A stretch of DNA of 39,243 nt, taken from NCBI RefSeq assembly GCF_001186125.1, contig NW_014040532.1, positions 19,557-58,799 of the forward strand, given 5' to 3'. The notes under the pieces were generated by a model. It worked only from the letters and a program-made list of their open reading frames with translations. It was not told where the DNA came from and did no database searches. This DNA comes from Sphaeroforma arctica JP610 (lineage: Eukaryota). Below, piece after piece: positions 25,401-35,708 of the stretch (the stretch's first letter is position 1; each line of letters begins with the position of its first letter). The translations under genes and the position numbers were made by a program.

Positions 25401-27402
25401 GTATTCGTATTTTCTAACCCAGCTCTCGGATCAGCATGAATGTTCATTGCACACGCGCATAGCGGCCATACCCAAAATGAGACAGAAATAACGAGGCTAC
25501 TCATGTCATGAAGCGACCAACTACTGAGACAGAACGAAAGTGGTTCAACACGCCATAAGCTAAGGTAGCGCACCCAATTGCCCATATTTTGAAAGCCTCA
25601 GCCCGGCTGCGTAAAATAAAACATATGCAAGCCACTCTGTAGGCGAGAATTGCAGCCGAGCAGGCAAGACACACACACTAAGGGATCCGTTACTAGCAGC
25701 AGATCAGCATACTCGCCAACTAAACAGCAACGTCTGCAGTGATAAATACACTGAAGAAGACATAATGATCGTAAACTTACTTGCAATCGTTGGGGTCTTT
25801 CTCAGTATCTGCGCCTCTGTAGCTGCGTTTTTTGGCGCGTATCAGAGCCAGCAACCGCTCACGGGTTGCCTGGTCAGTTATATTGAGCGTTTCCAACAAG
25901 AAGCGGTCGTCGATGACCATGAGTGTTTCTCCATTGATGTTCCGTGCTTTGAAGAGACCTTCTAGGCCGTGTAAATCTGAGCCCAAAAAAATACAATAAA
26001 CAGATTTAGACGGTTGCAATACAGTAAATAGAACAAGACGAATACAATAAAGATGATAACTACCACCCCTGAAGTTGAGATACTCAACTGACAAATTAAT
26101 CACCCTCGGTCATAAGAAAAGACGAGTGCTTCTACATCAACTTGTGCAGAGACAGCGAGATTGATACGCGTGGCCTGGACTCACCTGAATCGGCCAGCCA
26201 TTTGCATACGCGTTCATTGTCCCATAGCGACAGACCATGCAGGCGCTGCTGACACCCCAGACTCTTGTTGATATGCTTGTTGAGATCAGGCTGTGACGGA
26301 ACGGGCATGATGTTAGTGACTTATAAAACTATTGAGAATGATGTAGTCATCAACAGACAAAACAGATAACAGCGAGGCCGAAATGACGCAGAGATAAAGT
26401 TCACGCCCCCAGTGACGTAAAAAGCCACAGCAGAGAAAACACACCGAAACGCTACGAACAGGGACGATACACCGAACCGTCGAGACGAAGAACATACCCT
26501 TCTTTTAAACTGCTGATTGCAGTACTGGCAGGCGAAAGGGAAGTAATTCACCTGCAACATATAAAACGCGATCGTAAGCTAAAGTGAAAAATCCCCAGAG
26601 TTTTGAAAAGGAGTCCACAAACACCAGGGCAGCAAACTTCGAAGTAAAAAAATACACAGCAAGAATCACAGTTTGCAAAGACAAAAGCAATTGAAGCACA
26701 CCAGTAGTTAATAACCTCTTTTCGCACGACATACGTGTGACATGATATGCGACTTCAGATGTTCCCTCTTGTTGAAGAGCTTGCCCTGTTTAGCGTTCGG
26801 ACAACTAGTCCATTTGCAGACCCAGTCATCGGTCTTCCTACAAGTTTACAAAGCAATAGACGATAAACAATTAGCATAGACCTCAGAGCAATGAATGTCG
26901 AGTATAAAATCAGCATAAGCCATCAGCAAGATGTCCGCTCATGAAGCGTACAGGTCGCCGACAGACATGCAGAACAAAAATACCGCTATCTAGCTCTCCA
27001 ACCATATATCGTTAGTAACAAAAAACCCAGCGTAGGTCAATTAACGCCTCCAGACACTGTAAAATATCCGTACACTCACGAAGACAACAAGGCCAACAAA
27101 TCCAACAAGGCACACACGATACCGGCGTAACTGAAAGACTAACAGACTCAGCTGCACATATGCCTTCTTTCAGTAAAGAAATACGCACTATTAAAGAGAG
27201 AAAACAACTCGGACATATTGACAGATCCTACACGTCCTAAGCGCAGTCGTATTACTTACTTTATGCTGCCCAGGTGAAATTCGATGATGTGCTCATATAA
27301 ATTTTTGAACGTGCTACTTGTGAAACTACATGTGTCCCACCGACAGGGATGTGTGGCCAGTCCTGTGGCCAATCCCTCCCCATCTGAGCCGTTTTCAGAC
27401 AT
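16867..27402 (-). CDS. Multi-exon gene: PacC/Rim101-like triple C2H2 zinc finger + SAM domain + long polyQ/acidic low-complexity protein (~2500 aa), putative transcription factor
   Basis: Phase-compatible GT-AG exons 27402-27260, 26837-26735, 26551-26498, 26290-26185, 25976-25781, 25143-23983, 23711-23574, 23146-23081 and 22441 (or 22408)-16867. They total 7542 nt = 2513 aa + stop. The zinc-finger and SAM motifs assemble across the junctions. Confidence 0.82.
23081..23146 (-). CDS. Exon 8 (DVSQLLANNSFNQDSIMNAIS)
   Basis: ctacag| acceptor and |gtaagt donor, phase 2/2. Confidence 0.72.
23574..23711 (-). CDS. Exon 7 (RLWNQNEVQ...TKKGK)
   Basis: ttttcag| acceptor and |gtatgt donor, phase 2/2. 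Confidence 0.75.
23983..25143 (-). CDS. Exon 6: Q/S/N-rich region
   Basis: Within the 423-aa ORF. CTAAC branch site before the tacag| acceptor; aa|gtatgt donor. Confidence 0.8.
25781..25976 (-). CDS. Exon 5: SAM domain (DLHGLEGLFKARNINGETLMVIDDRFLLETLNITDQATRERLLALI)
   Basis: SAM consensus F...IdG..Ll....L..lgI....R..il; ctcag| acceptor and |gtaagt donor. Confidence 0.88.
26185..26290 (-). CDS. Exon 4: end of finger 3 and start of SAM (PDLNKH...LWDNERVCKWLADS)
   Basis: cacag| acceptor and |gtgagt donor. Confidence 0.88.
26498..26551 (-). CDS. Exon 3: linker and start of finger 3 (VNYFPFACQYCNQQFKRR)
   Basis: ttgcag| acceptor and |gtatgt donor, phase 0/0. Confidence 0.88.
26735..26837 (-). 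CDS. Exon 2: zinc finger 2 (CKWTSC...KREHLKSHIMSH)
   Basis: tag| acceptor and |gtatgt donor, in phase. Confidence 0.9.
27260..27402 (-). CDS. Exon 1: ATG and zinc finger 1 (CRWDTC...LYEHIIEFH)
   Basis: MSENGSDG start; donor aa|gtaagt. Confidence 0.85.
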
Positions 27403-28342
27403 GATGGAAGAATTCAATAGGCGGTCAACTGTGGCAGTTTGCGACTGTTTGTCAACACATACGGCGCTAACTCGCACGGTCTACAAGTTCGTTGTATTAG
27501 TTGTTCGATAGACAAAATTTTACAGCGCTTCGTATAATACCGTATACAGTCTTCCACTTGCGCCGCGGAAAGACCACACTATGAATTCGTGAGCCGTTCC
27601 TAATATGATATTCGCATGTGTATGCAAGTGTGCATGTGTACGATGGAATCGTGGACCGCCAAACTATACCAATATGTGCTTCGGCCATCAAACCAAGTAG
27701 CGGTGAGGACCTTGCACTCTTACGTGCAGTATTTTATTCATTTTTAAAATCTGCACAGCTAGTGTAAAATAGGGCTGTGGTCTCACTGCTGGGCGCTGGC
27801 TTGGTTTTCATTTTCTTATTTTTTACTTCTATTTATCGTTGATGAATTCTATAATAAAAAAGTGTGATATTTTTATCATATATTTCGCATAAAATCCACG
27901 ACTGTATACGTCTATACGACCAAGTACCAACTACAAAGCGAAAGCGTACTAACGTTATTAGGCTTCAGCCCAAAAGTAGTATATATGTGGGATTCACGTA
28001 AAATTTGGGATAAAAAAATCTGGCACCGGGGGCCACAGGGCCCGGTCACAGGAATGAGGATATATGAACATTAGCCTTCAAGAGTCTCTCAGGCACAGTA
28101 ACAGAGCCACAGTACCCAGGGGCGCTAGACTCCAGCAAGTTAACAGGAAGCAGGAATATTGGGACCTATACTATTTTAGGGCTAGAAGTTTTAGAACAGG
28201 GTCAGGCAGGCAATACTCATACTCACCAGCGAGGGAGCCAGGCAGATGCAACTGACATCACACTTCACGGGTAAAAAAACACGTTCCGGCCCACCACCAG
28301 TGAAGGATAAGTCCTGGGATTCTGGTGGGATTCTGGTGGGAT

Positions 28343-28410
28343 GGGAGGCCGGGAAGGGGGAGGGGGGAGGGGGGAGAAGGGGCGGGGAAGGGGGGAAGAG
28401 CGAAGGGGAT
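28343..28410 (+). other. G-tract cluster (G-quadruplex-capable)
   Basis: More than eight runs of three or more G with short spacers, about 0.95 kb upstream of the zinc-finger gene ATG. Confidence 0.6.
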
Positions 28411-29216
28411 ATTTAGACCGATAGTGAGAATGACCCGTACCTGTTTAGAGTTTATTTATGGAGTGTGTTCCTACTTCCTCGCACGTCATATAGTCTTTTT
28501 AAATAGTCACACGAACATGATGGTCAATATACAAAAAAATACCGAGTGCGTTCACTGTTTTTTTTTGTTAAAAAAAAACAAAAGTGCAAAGTGTAAAGTC
28601 AAGGACTCGAGGCCTCAAGGCTCAAGCGGTCAAGAAGGGCCCCAAGGCCCAAGAGTCGATTGTGTATTTTTCTAATTTTCTCTCATATTATTTATTTTTT
28701 AAACCATATGTATATAAACAAACAGTTGGCAGTAAATATTCACCAAGAAGAAGAACAGTTGGCCCGTAAAAGCGTAAAAGGGAATAAATTATTTATTTTT
28801 TGCTGAAATGTTGAATTGAAAGCTAATTATTTATGTAAATTAAAATATGTTTATTGTGTACGCACAACAATGAATTTTTTATGATTTTGTCTTCTAAATA
28901 CAGAAGTTCTACTTCTATATGTTTATAATTTTTCAAAGAATGAAACCAAAAATAAAACATAAATATTATTGTTTCTGTAAAAAATAGAAAAATTATCAAT
29001 GTTTTCATTTTGTTTTTGTTTATTTTTTGGGTTTTGTTTGTTTTTAAAAAGCATAAAAAACAATTTTTAACAGCAATTAACATTTTTCCAACAGATTCGA
29101 CTTTCATATCACAAGGGAGAGAGAGAGAGACTCTTGTGTAATGTATATGGGACAACTGGGAGTAAACTTTTGTTGATAATAACAGATAACCTATTTTTTT
29201 AAGTACATGTGTAAAT

Positions 29217-29810
29217 GAATGTCTTTATACAGCACTAGTGACAATAAAACTATTAACCACCTCAGGCCCAGTTTTCTACCAGTCTCGATACAAATTTTAT
29301 TTTATTTTTTGAGATTTTTGAGATTTTCGAGTCTAATTTGCTTAAATATAGGTGTAATAATGTAATTGGCGTGATTTTAACTCTTAAGCACTTGTGAGAT
29401 GTGTTTGTTTTCTGCCGGTTTGTTTGTTATCTGTCGGCTGAAAGCGCTCGACTTAAATGTTAGATATTGTAGCGCGGATACAACCCATTTGTTGCACTTA
29501 TGTTAGGTCCTTGTCGGTCTTAAGGGCTTGACATATGTTAGCAGTTAGACACTGGAATATAGGTGTCCTCTATCTTAGCTATTGCTTCGGATTCGCCCAT
29601 GGTTTTACAGTTGACACTATTCGTGTCTAACATACGTCGACCTCTCCTCTGAGGCCGACAAGGAACTAATACAAGTGCAATAAATGGGCTAAAATCACGC
29701 TAATTCCATCTAAAAGCAAAGTAAACTCGAAAAAGTATAAGTATGAGACTGGAAACTGGGCCTGAGGTGATTAATAATTTTATTGTCACCAGTGCCGTAT
29801 AAAGACATTC
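29217..29810. mobile_element. Foldback / MITE-like non-autonomous element with long inverted arms
   Basis: gaatgtctttatacagcactagtgacaataaaactattaaccacctcaggcccag (29217 on) is the reverse complement, with few mismatches, of ~29755-29810. Complementarity continues inward to ~29560/29615. No ORF and no clear TSD. Confidence 0.8.
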
Positions 29811-30503
29811 GTATGTGCTATGACTAATGAGTAATCATTTCCATTTCAAATAGCGAATAACTGGACTCCTGGAGCATGTCGGTACACCGCGATAAGATTG
29901 ACCAATTGAAGTTGTTGACTACTTGTTTTTTTTAAATACCCGTTCCTTGGCCCCAGTTGGCCTGTGGCCAGTTCGTGGCTTCGTGCCTCACTGACTCCTC
30001 TGAGTCAGAGTGACAGTGCTGACTGCTGAGTGTTTAAATAGTGTAGAATTTTGACTGTTGCCTGTTGCCTTTGGCTCTGAGGACTGAGAGCTACCGTCAA
30101 TACTAAAACAAGCTGAACGTTAACCGTTATTTTTTTCAATTTATATACGGTTTAACTTTTATATTCGAGGATTTTGCACTTCAGAAATCGTGGATTTTGC
30201 CCTTCAGAACAGTACCTATACTTCGCGAAATGGACTATATAACTAAAATTAATGAAAGAAAAACCATAGCCCTCTAAATTTAGATTATTTTTTATTTTTT
30301 CTGGCAAAATTGGGCAACAAAATGTATAATAGTCAATCAGAAATGGTATAGCGCTTAATCAAACACCTGGCAGTTGTCAATTGGCCAAATCAAATTAATA
30401 AGTAGAACAAAACACATATATTCAGTGACCTGAAAATGCACCCACTGAATTTGAGTAGGGCTTAATTTTTAAAATCATTATGTTAGGTGTGGGACTGTGG
30501 GAT

Positions 30504-30590
30504 AGTTGTTGGAGACTCCCATGAACTCTTGAAGCGGACAGTTGTTGGAGACTCCCTTGAACTCTTGAAGCGGACAGTTGTTGGAGACTC
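30504..30590. repeat. 36-bp tandem repeat, about 2.4 copies
   Basis: agttgttggagactccc(a/t)tgaactcttgaagcggac, head-to-tail with no spacers. Confidence 0.92.
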
Positions 30591-30962
30591 TCTTGTGAAG
30601 ACTTAAGTATTTTATTTTTAATAAAATAAAAAAACGATTCTATTCACTGGAAGCTATTTTATCAGATAAATAGCAATTTGTTTTGTAAATATTGTACAAT
30701 AAACATTTTTTTTTCAAAACGTTCTTTTATTGTATGGTACACGTTTTTGTATATTTCTAGAAATGAGAAGCATGAAGATCTAATAAATATTGTTGAAAGC
30801 AAATAAAAAAGTACAGAACATACCTTCCCTTTCCAATTTTAAAAAACCTAAATTCAGAGTACAAGCACTGGGCCATAGGTCCGTGACGCATGAGTGGTGA
30901 GCCCGTGAGGCGAGACTGCGAGAGCCTGAAAGGCTTCACTCTCTGAGAACTCTAAATCCCTC

Positions 30963-31130
30963 AGAGTCTAGACTCTGGACTCTGGAGTCTGGACTCGTCT
31001 GGAGTCTGGAGTCTGGAGTCTGGACTCGTCTGGAGTCTGGACTCGTCTGGAGTCTGGAGTCTGGAGTCTGGAGTCTGGAGTCTGGAGTCTGGAATCTGGA
31101 GTCTGGAGTCTGGACTCTGGACTCTGGTCT
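30963..31130. repeat. (GAGTCTG)n 7-bp minisatellite with GACTCTG and GACTCGTCTG variants
   Basis: Directly visible, about 22 units. Confidence 0.95.
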
Positions 31131-33006
31131 GAACTATGTATATATATATATATGAAGTCTGATACATAATGCCATTATGAGTGATGTCTGGTAAAACTTT
31201 TAAGTAACTGGTAACAGGTAGGCTGTGAAATGGATTTTTAGGGTTTTAGAACTAAGACTTTAGGGTTTGGGATACATATCTTGTGCATTGCCTCCTGCTT
31301 TTATTTTTATTTTTTAATCACATTGTGAACTTGAAGCGTCACAGTGTGATTATTTATGTGAACAGTGAACCCTGAACAGTGAACGTAGAAAGAAAAAAGG
31401 TTTTTTGAAGTTTCTACAAGGTAAATATGCAAAAGTAACTCTCGGTCCTCAAGAGTCGAGTGACTTCGGGGCTCGGGCTCGAGTTCTCCTCATCGGACCT
31501 ATTGATTGTCTATTGCAATTTGTATTTAGCTCTGGTAAATATAGCGGTTGTACAATGTACATATTAAAAATACTGTATTTAGGATTTCATTTTTTTCGAT
31601 TTTCAAAAGGACTATATTTAAAGTACTCATAAACAAATCTAAAATATGTACTGTATTATTACAAAGCCTCGTACATAGCCTTCTGAAAATTACACACAGA
31701 AAGCTAAACCTCCTAAAACTATAACTTTGTTTTTTGTTTAAAATAAAAAGATGTATAGCCAAACCGTTGTTCGTTGTTCACAATGTTTTTTATCCTCGTT
31801 TGGGGGTTTTTTTTAAACAAGAAAACCCCCAGTGTAATCTTAGATCGGCTCAAAACACAATGTAACGGTGAACTTAGTTTTATATCCTCGATTGTTGAAT
31901 AAACGTCTACCTTAGCAGAATGAACTTCTTGAATGAACTAAACCACGTATTTATACTATTTCCGAAGGATTTCATTGAGAATCCTGCCGCCAATCATATT
32001 GTGTATCTCCTTAATTTCGAGCCAACAAGTACATTCAACATATACCGTCATCTGCCAAGCTCCAGCTCATATTACCCCGAACTTTGGTTCACAAAGCACC
32101 AATCATACGCCAACATCCTCTTCTTTCGAACCTGCGCGGCCGTTCGCCAACAAACCGCACTATACAACTTAGAAATTTTCGAACATATTAGCTTTCACAC
32201 TTATAAGTTATCGCCCACACTTAGAAGTTCTAGCACTCTTATTTACGCCCAGGAACACTAACCAACAGTTCGGTACTTACAACACCAACATTGTCGAACT
32301 TTCCGACTTTCCCTGTTTCCCATCTCCATCATGCCCCGTGGGCCGTGGGCCCGCGGGCCCGTGGCAGACTAGTACTTTGACACTCCCCCTGAGTCCCCCA
32401 GTAGAAATTCTGTGTTCTCTTTTTAGTAGGGATAATATTATTTATTTCAAAAATGGCAAGCTTTTTAGTAGGGACGTACGAGCGGAGAAAGGGCCTTCCA
32501 AGAATAAATAGAAGACTTTTTTAAGGCTATACGAGATTTTTTGTAAATAATGTCATCTGTTTGTAGTTTAGGCCCTGTTGTAAACCCGTGAGTCTCAACC
32601 TTGTTACATGAAAGTAGACTTGTTCTAAAAATGGAGGTTCATTCCTTAACGAAAGTAAAACCAATTTACTAACAGTTTCAATTCTCACACGAAAGTAAAA
32701 TCAATAATTGCGCGGGTAAATTATCTGGACCCATCCAGAGAACGTTGTAATTTTACTCTACTATATATACTGGAATTTCAGCTGGTGCAAGCTTACTTTA
32801 CTACAGTAGAGCTTGCGACCAACCTTAAGAAAATAAACCTTGACTGACAAACAAAATCACCCGCGCGTACATACGGATCTTTGTTGGCAGTGAAATTTGC
32901 ATGAAGGTCGGCTAAACTTTGTACGTACGTAAAGTACTTTTAACATTGCATCACAATACGTAAGAATACAAACTTTAATGTAAAATTAAAGGATAGCACT
33001 TTTTAC

Positions 33007-33118
33007 TGTAAGATTCGGTCTCTCAAGGCGATATTAACGCCTTAGAATAAATAAACGCGTAAGTGTATTCTAAGTATCGTAAAAATATCAAAGTAAATAA
33101 ACTAAGTAAGACATTTAG
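33007..33118 (-). repeat. Inverted copy of the U5 end of the element B LTR
   Basis: tgtaagattcggtctctcaaggcgatattaacgccttagaataaataaacgcgt... is the reverse complement of ~35596-35708. Confidence 0.92.
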
Positions 33119-33247
33119 GAAGCGTATACACATATAATGGGACTATTTAATAAGTCAGGTGTATCTAACGCACATGAACGCACTTAGGACACTCATGCGA
33201 AAGCAGGACATGAGTCTGGAAACACTACAGACTTAAAGACCACGCAA

Positions 33248-34727
33248 GTGGATTTTCAACACTCTACCTTTATTCTGGAGGAGCAGAATGATGAAAACAT
33301 TCTTGCTTGGCTGACGCAAAACCATAAGCTGAAGCACCAAAACGTAGTAGACGCACTTAAAGATGCTACGCGACATGGAATCGCGCACCCTAAGCTGGCA
33401 ACTTTAGTTGACAGAGTATATCAGTCATGTACAGACTGTGATCTCAATCAGATCAAGCGCTATGGGTTCGCACCGCTTAAGAATGTGACTGAAGATGTTC
33501 CATGGCGCAGAGTCATCATTGATCTGGTTGACTTGTCCACGTCCGAGCACACAGGCGACCGTTACGTATGCCACTTCTTTGATGTGGCCTCGCGGTTTAA
33601 CTTGCTCTATCCATTAAAGGATAAGAATACGCAGACCGTGGCAGAATTATGTTGCCAAGTCTTTGCTGACCACGGGTGGCCGGGTATTATGTGCACTAAT
33701 AACGGTAGTGAGTTCTGCGATGACGTTATGGAATCGCTATTACTCGTATCAGGCATATACCATAAGAGAGGTGTGCCATATAAGCCGCAAAAGCAAGGCG
33801 CGAATGAAACGCGCCATAGAAGACTTGAGTTTTTCTTGCGTACTGCATTAATCGATGATGCAGATGATTGGCCGTACCACCTTAAGTGGGTACAAGCACA
33901 GATGAACGAGTGTGCTGATCTGGTTACAGGAACTACACCCGCTCACTATTTTCGTGGCAGATATAGTGAGTTACAAATCCCCTTTAACAAGGACAACCCT
34001 GATCATCATGAGTTACCATGGTTAGAGAATGTACAACGTATTTATAACGTTGTGTATCCTTGCTTGCGAGAAATACGCAATATAGCCCTTTTAAAAATTT
34101 CAAAAGCGTTGGAACACTACCAAGAAGATTGTAGAGTATCAGGTTGGTGACAGAGTTAACATCCGTCAACGTAATTCCGATGCTACTGTATTAACACTTA
34201 AATCGATAGGTCCTTATATAATCTCTGTAGCAGACACTAAAAGTGGAACGTACGAGGTAAATAACCCCGATGGGTCTAGTGTGGTTAATATGGGCACAAG
34301 TCGTATTCCGACTACAGAGATTATACTCGCAAGAAGACATGACTCTAATGCCCCGCTTGATCGTTCTGAATTTAAAGACATTATATGGAGAACGGATAAG
34401 GGAGGCTATATATACTATCGTACACGCTTTATAGACGGTACAATAGCTGAGTTGACTTTGGATGCTTTCGATAACCAAGACTATTTAAAAGCTTTTAATC
34501 GAAAATGGCGTAAACGCCTGCATAAGTCACAAGTTGAAAAAGATAGCATGTTTCCATCGTCTGAAGGAACGGAAGTTAAAACTTATCCACCTACAGCATT
34601 TATCCCGAGCCTTAATGCTCATCCTTCATATGTGCTGAAGACACTGAAGTGTGAGAAACGTCCAGTCGACCACCACGGACCTACTGGACCTAAGCCCAAA
34701 ACTCACAGGGTAACCGAGTACGCTTAA
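33248..34727 (+). pseudogene. Retrotransposon integrase (HHCC, rve DDE core, GPY) with chromodomain-like C-terminus; frameshifted
   Basis: HKLKH...CTDC; PWRRVIIDLV; CTNNGSEF (catalytic D changed to N); PYKPQKQGANE; IGPY at ~34206; ORF 34281-34727 EFKDIIWRTDKGGYIYYRTRFIDG...AFDNQDYLKAF. Confidence 0.92.
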
Positions 34728-34869
34728 CTTCTCCGCCTGAGAAACAATAACTATATGTTATGCTACTTATTTGATGTTTCGGCCCGTTTTTCCTTTCTCT
34801 CTTTTTGACCCATAATCAGCTTGAGTGAGCAACTTGCTTTTCATGGGTCTCAAAGCTGGGTGGGGGTTG

Positions 34870-35708
34870 TGTAATAAGCCGGGCCTCCACATTAGACTCT
34901 ATGTTACAAACGTACTCTAAAACAGTACGTAAATTATAAACGTACTCTTAATAGTACGAGGAACTTAAGTTTCTTAAATGTGCTCTCAATAGTACGAGGA
35001 ACTTAAGTTTCCTAAATGTGCTCTTAATAGCACGAGGAACTTAAGTTTCCTAAAATGGTTTTTAATGGTTTTATTAATTAATACTTTTTCCATTTTACAT
35101 ATCAGATATTTGGACGAGGCCATTAAATGGCCTCAGTAAAATGCCAAACATAAAGAGTTGGTCCAGTTCTATTAATAGAACTTTATTTATTTTCCAACTT
35201 TATTTATATCTGAATACTTCGGTAACGAGATGGCTCAACCGAATATAGGTTTCTAGGGACTATTAACGTTACCTAGTTGATCCTCCGATCAGCCAACCAG
35301 ATGTGCCAGTCTGATGAAGGCTAAGTCGGTAATTCTTGATAGTGGCAAGTTATTGGTTAAGACAATAACTAAGGACATCAAGAGCTTTTTATTTTTTATT
35401 TTTTCTAAGAATAGGGTTTTATGAGTCTCTCGGATTCGCCCCAGTGGAACATACCATAGTTTCTAATATAGCGACAACGAAACACCAAATAAAATCCCTT
35501 CGGCGGAAACAGTACTGAGAGGATTATATATAGGCAATGTCTCAGCCTCACAATCCCTCAGAGTATTGCTGTTTTCACGAGGCATACCTAACTTTACTAA
35601 AAGTCTCATTTCGTTTATTTACTTTGATATTTTTACGATACTTAGAATATACCCACGCGTTTATTTATTCTAAGGCGTTAATATCGCCTTGAGAGACCGA
35701 ATCTTACA
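34870..35708 (+). repeat. 3' LTR of element B
   Basis: Follows the PPT, TGTAA/TTACA termini, TATA-like tatatata at ~35525; the inverted copy at 33007 confirms the end. Confidence 0.88.
34945..35054 (+). repeat. Three 38-bp tandem repeats in U3 of LTR B
   Basis: ctcttaatagtacgaggaacttaagtttc(c/t)taaatgtg, about three copies. Confidence 0.93.

Larger units (their letters stand above)
33188..35708 (+). mobile_element. 5'-truncated Ty3/Gypsy element B (integrase, chromodomain-like, PPT, 3' LTR)
   Basis: Integrase ORF, PPT-like gggtggggg at 34858-34866, and an LTR with TGTAA...TTACA ends. Confidence 0.9.

Noticed and set aside
30504..30590. 36-bp repeats of CRISPR-like length
   Set aside because: Head-to-tail with no spacers, no cas genes, and a eukaryotic context.
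30961..31167. ORF with SRLQTPD repeats
   Set aside because: Translation of the 7-bp minisatellite.
34945..35054. 38-bp palindromic repeats resembling CRISPR repeats
   Set aside because: No unique spacers; they lie inside an LTR.
35311..35335. Intact hammerhead ribozyme (CTGATGA)
   Set aside because: The required GAAA and stem III/UH elements are not evident; kept only as part of the stem-loop finding.
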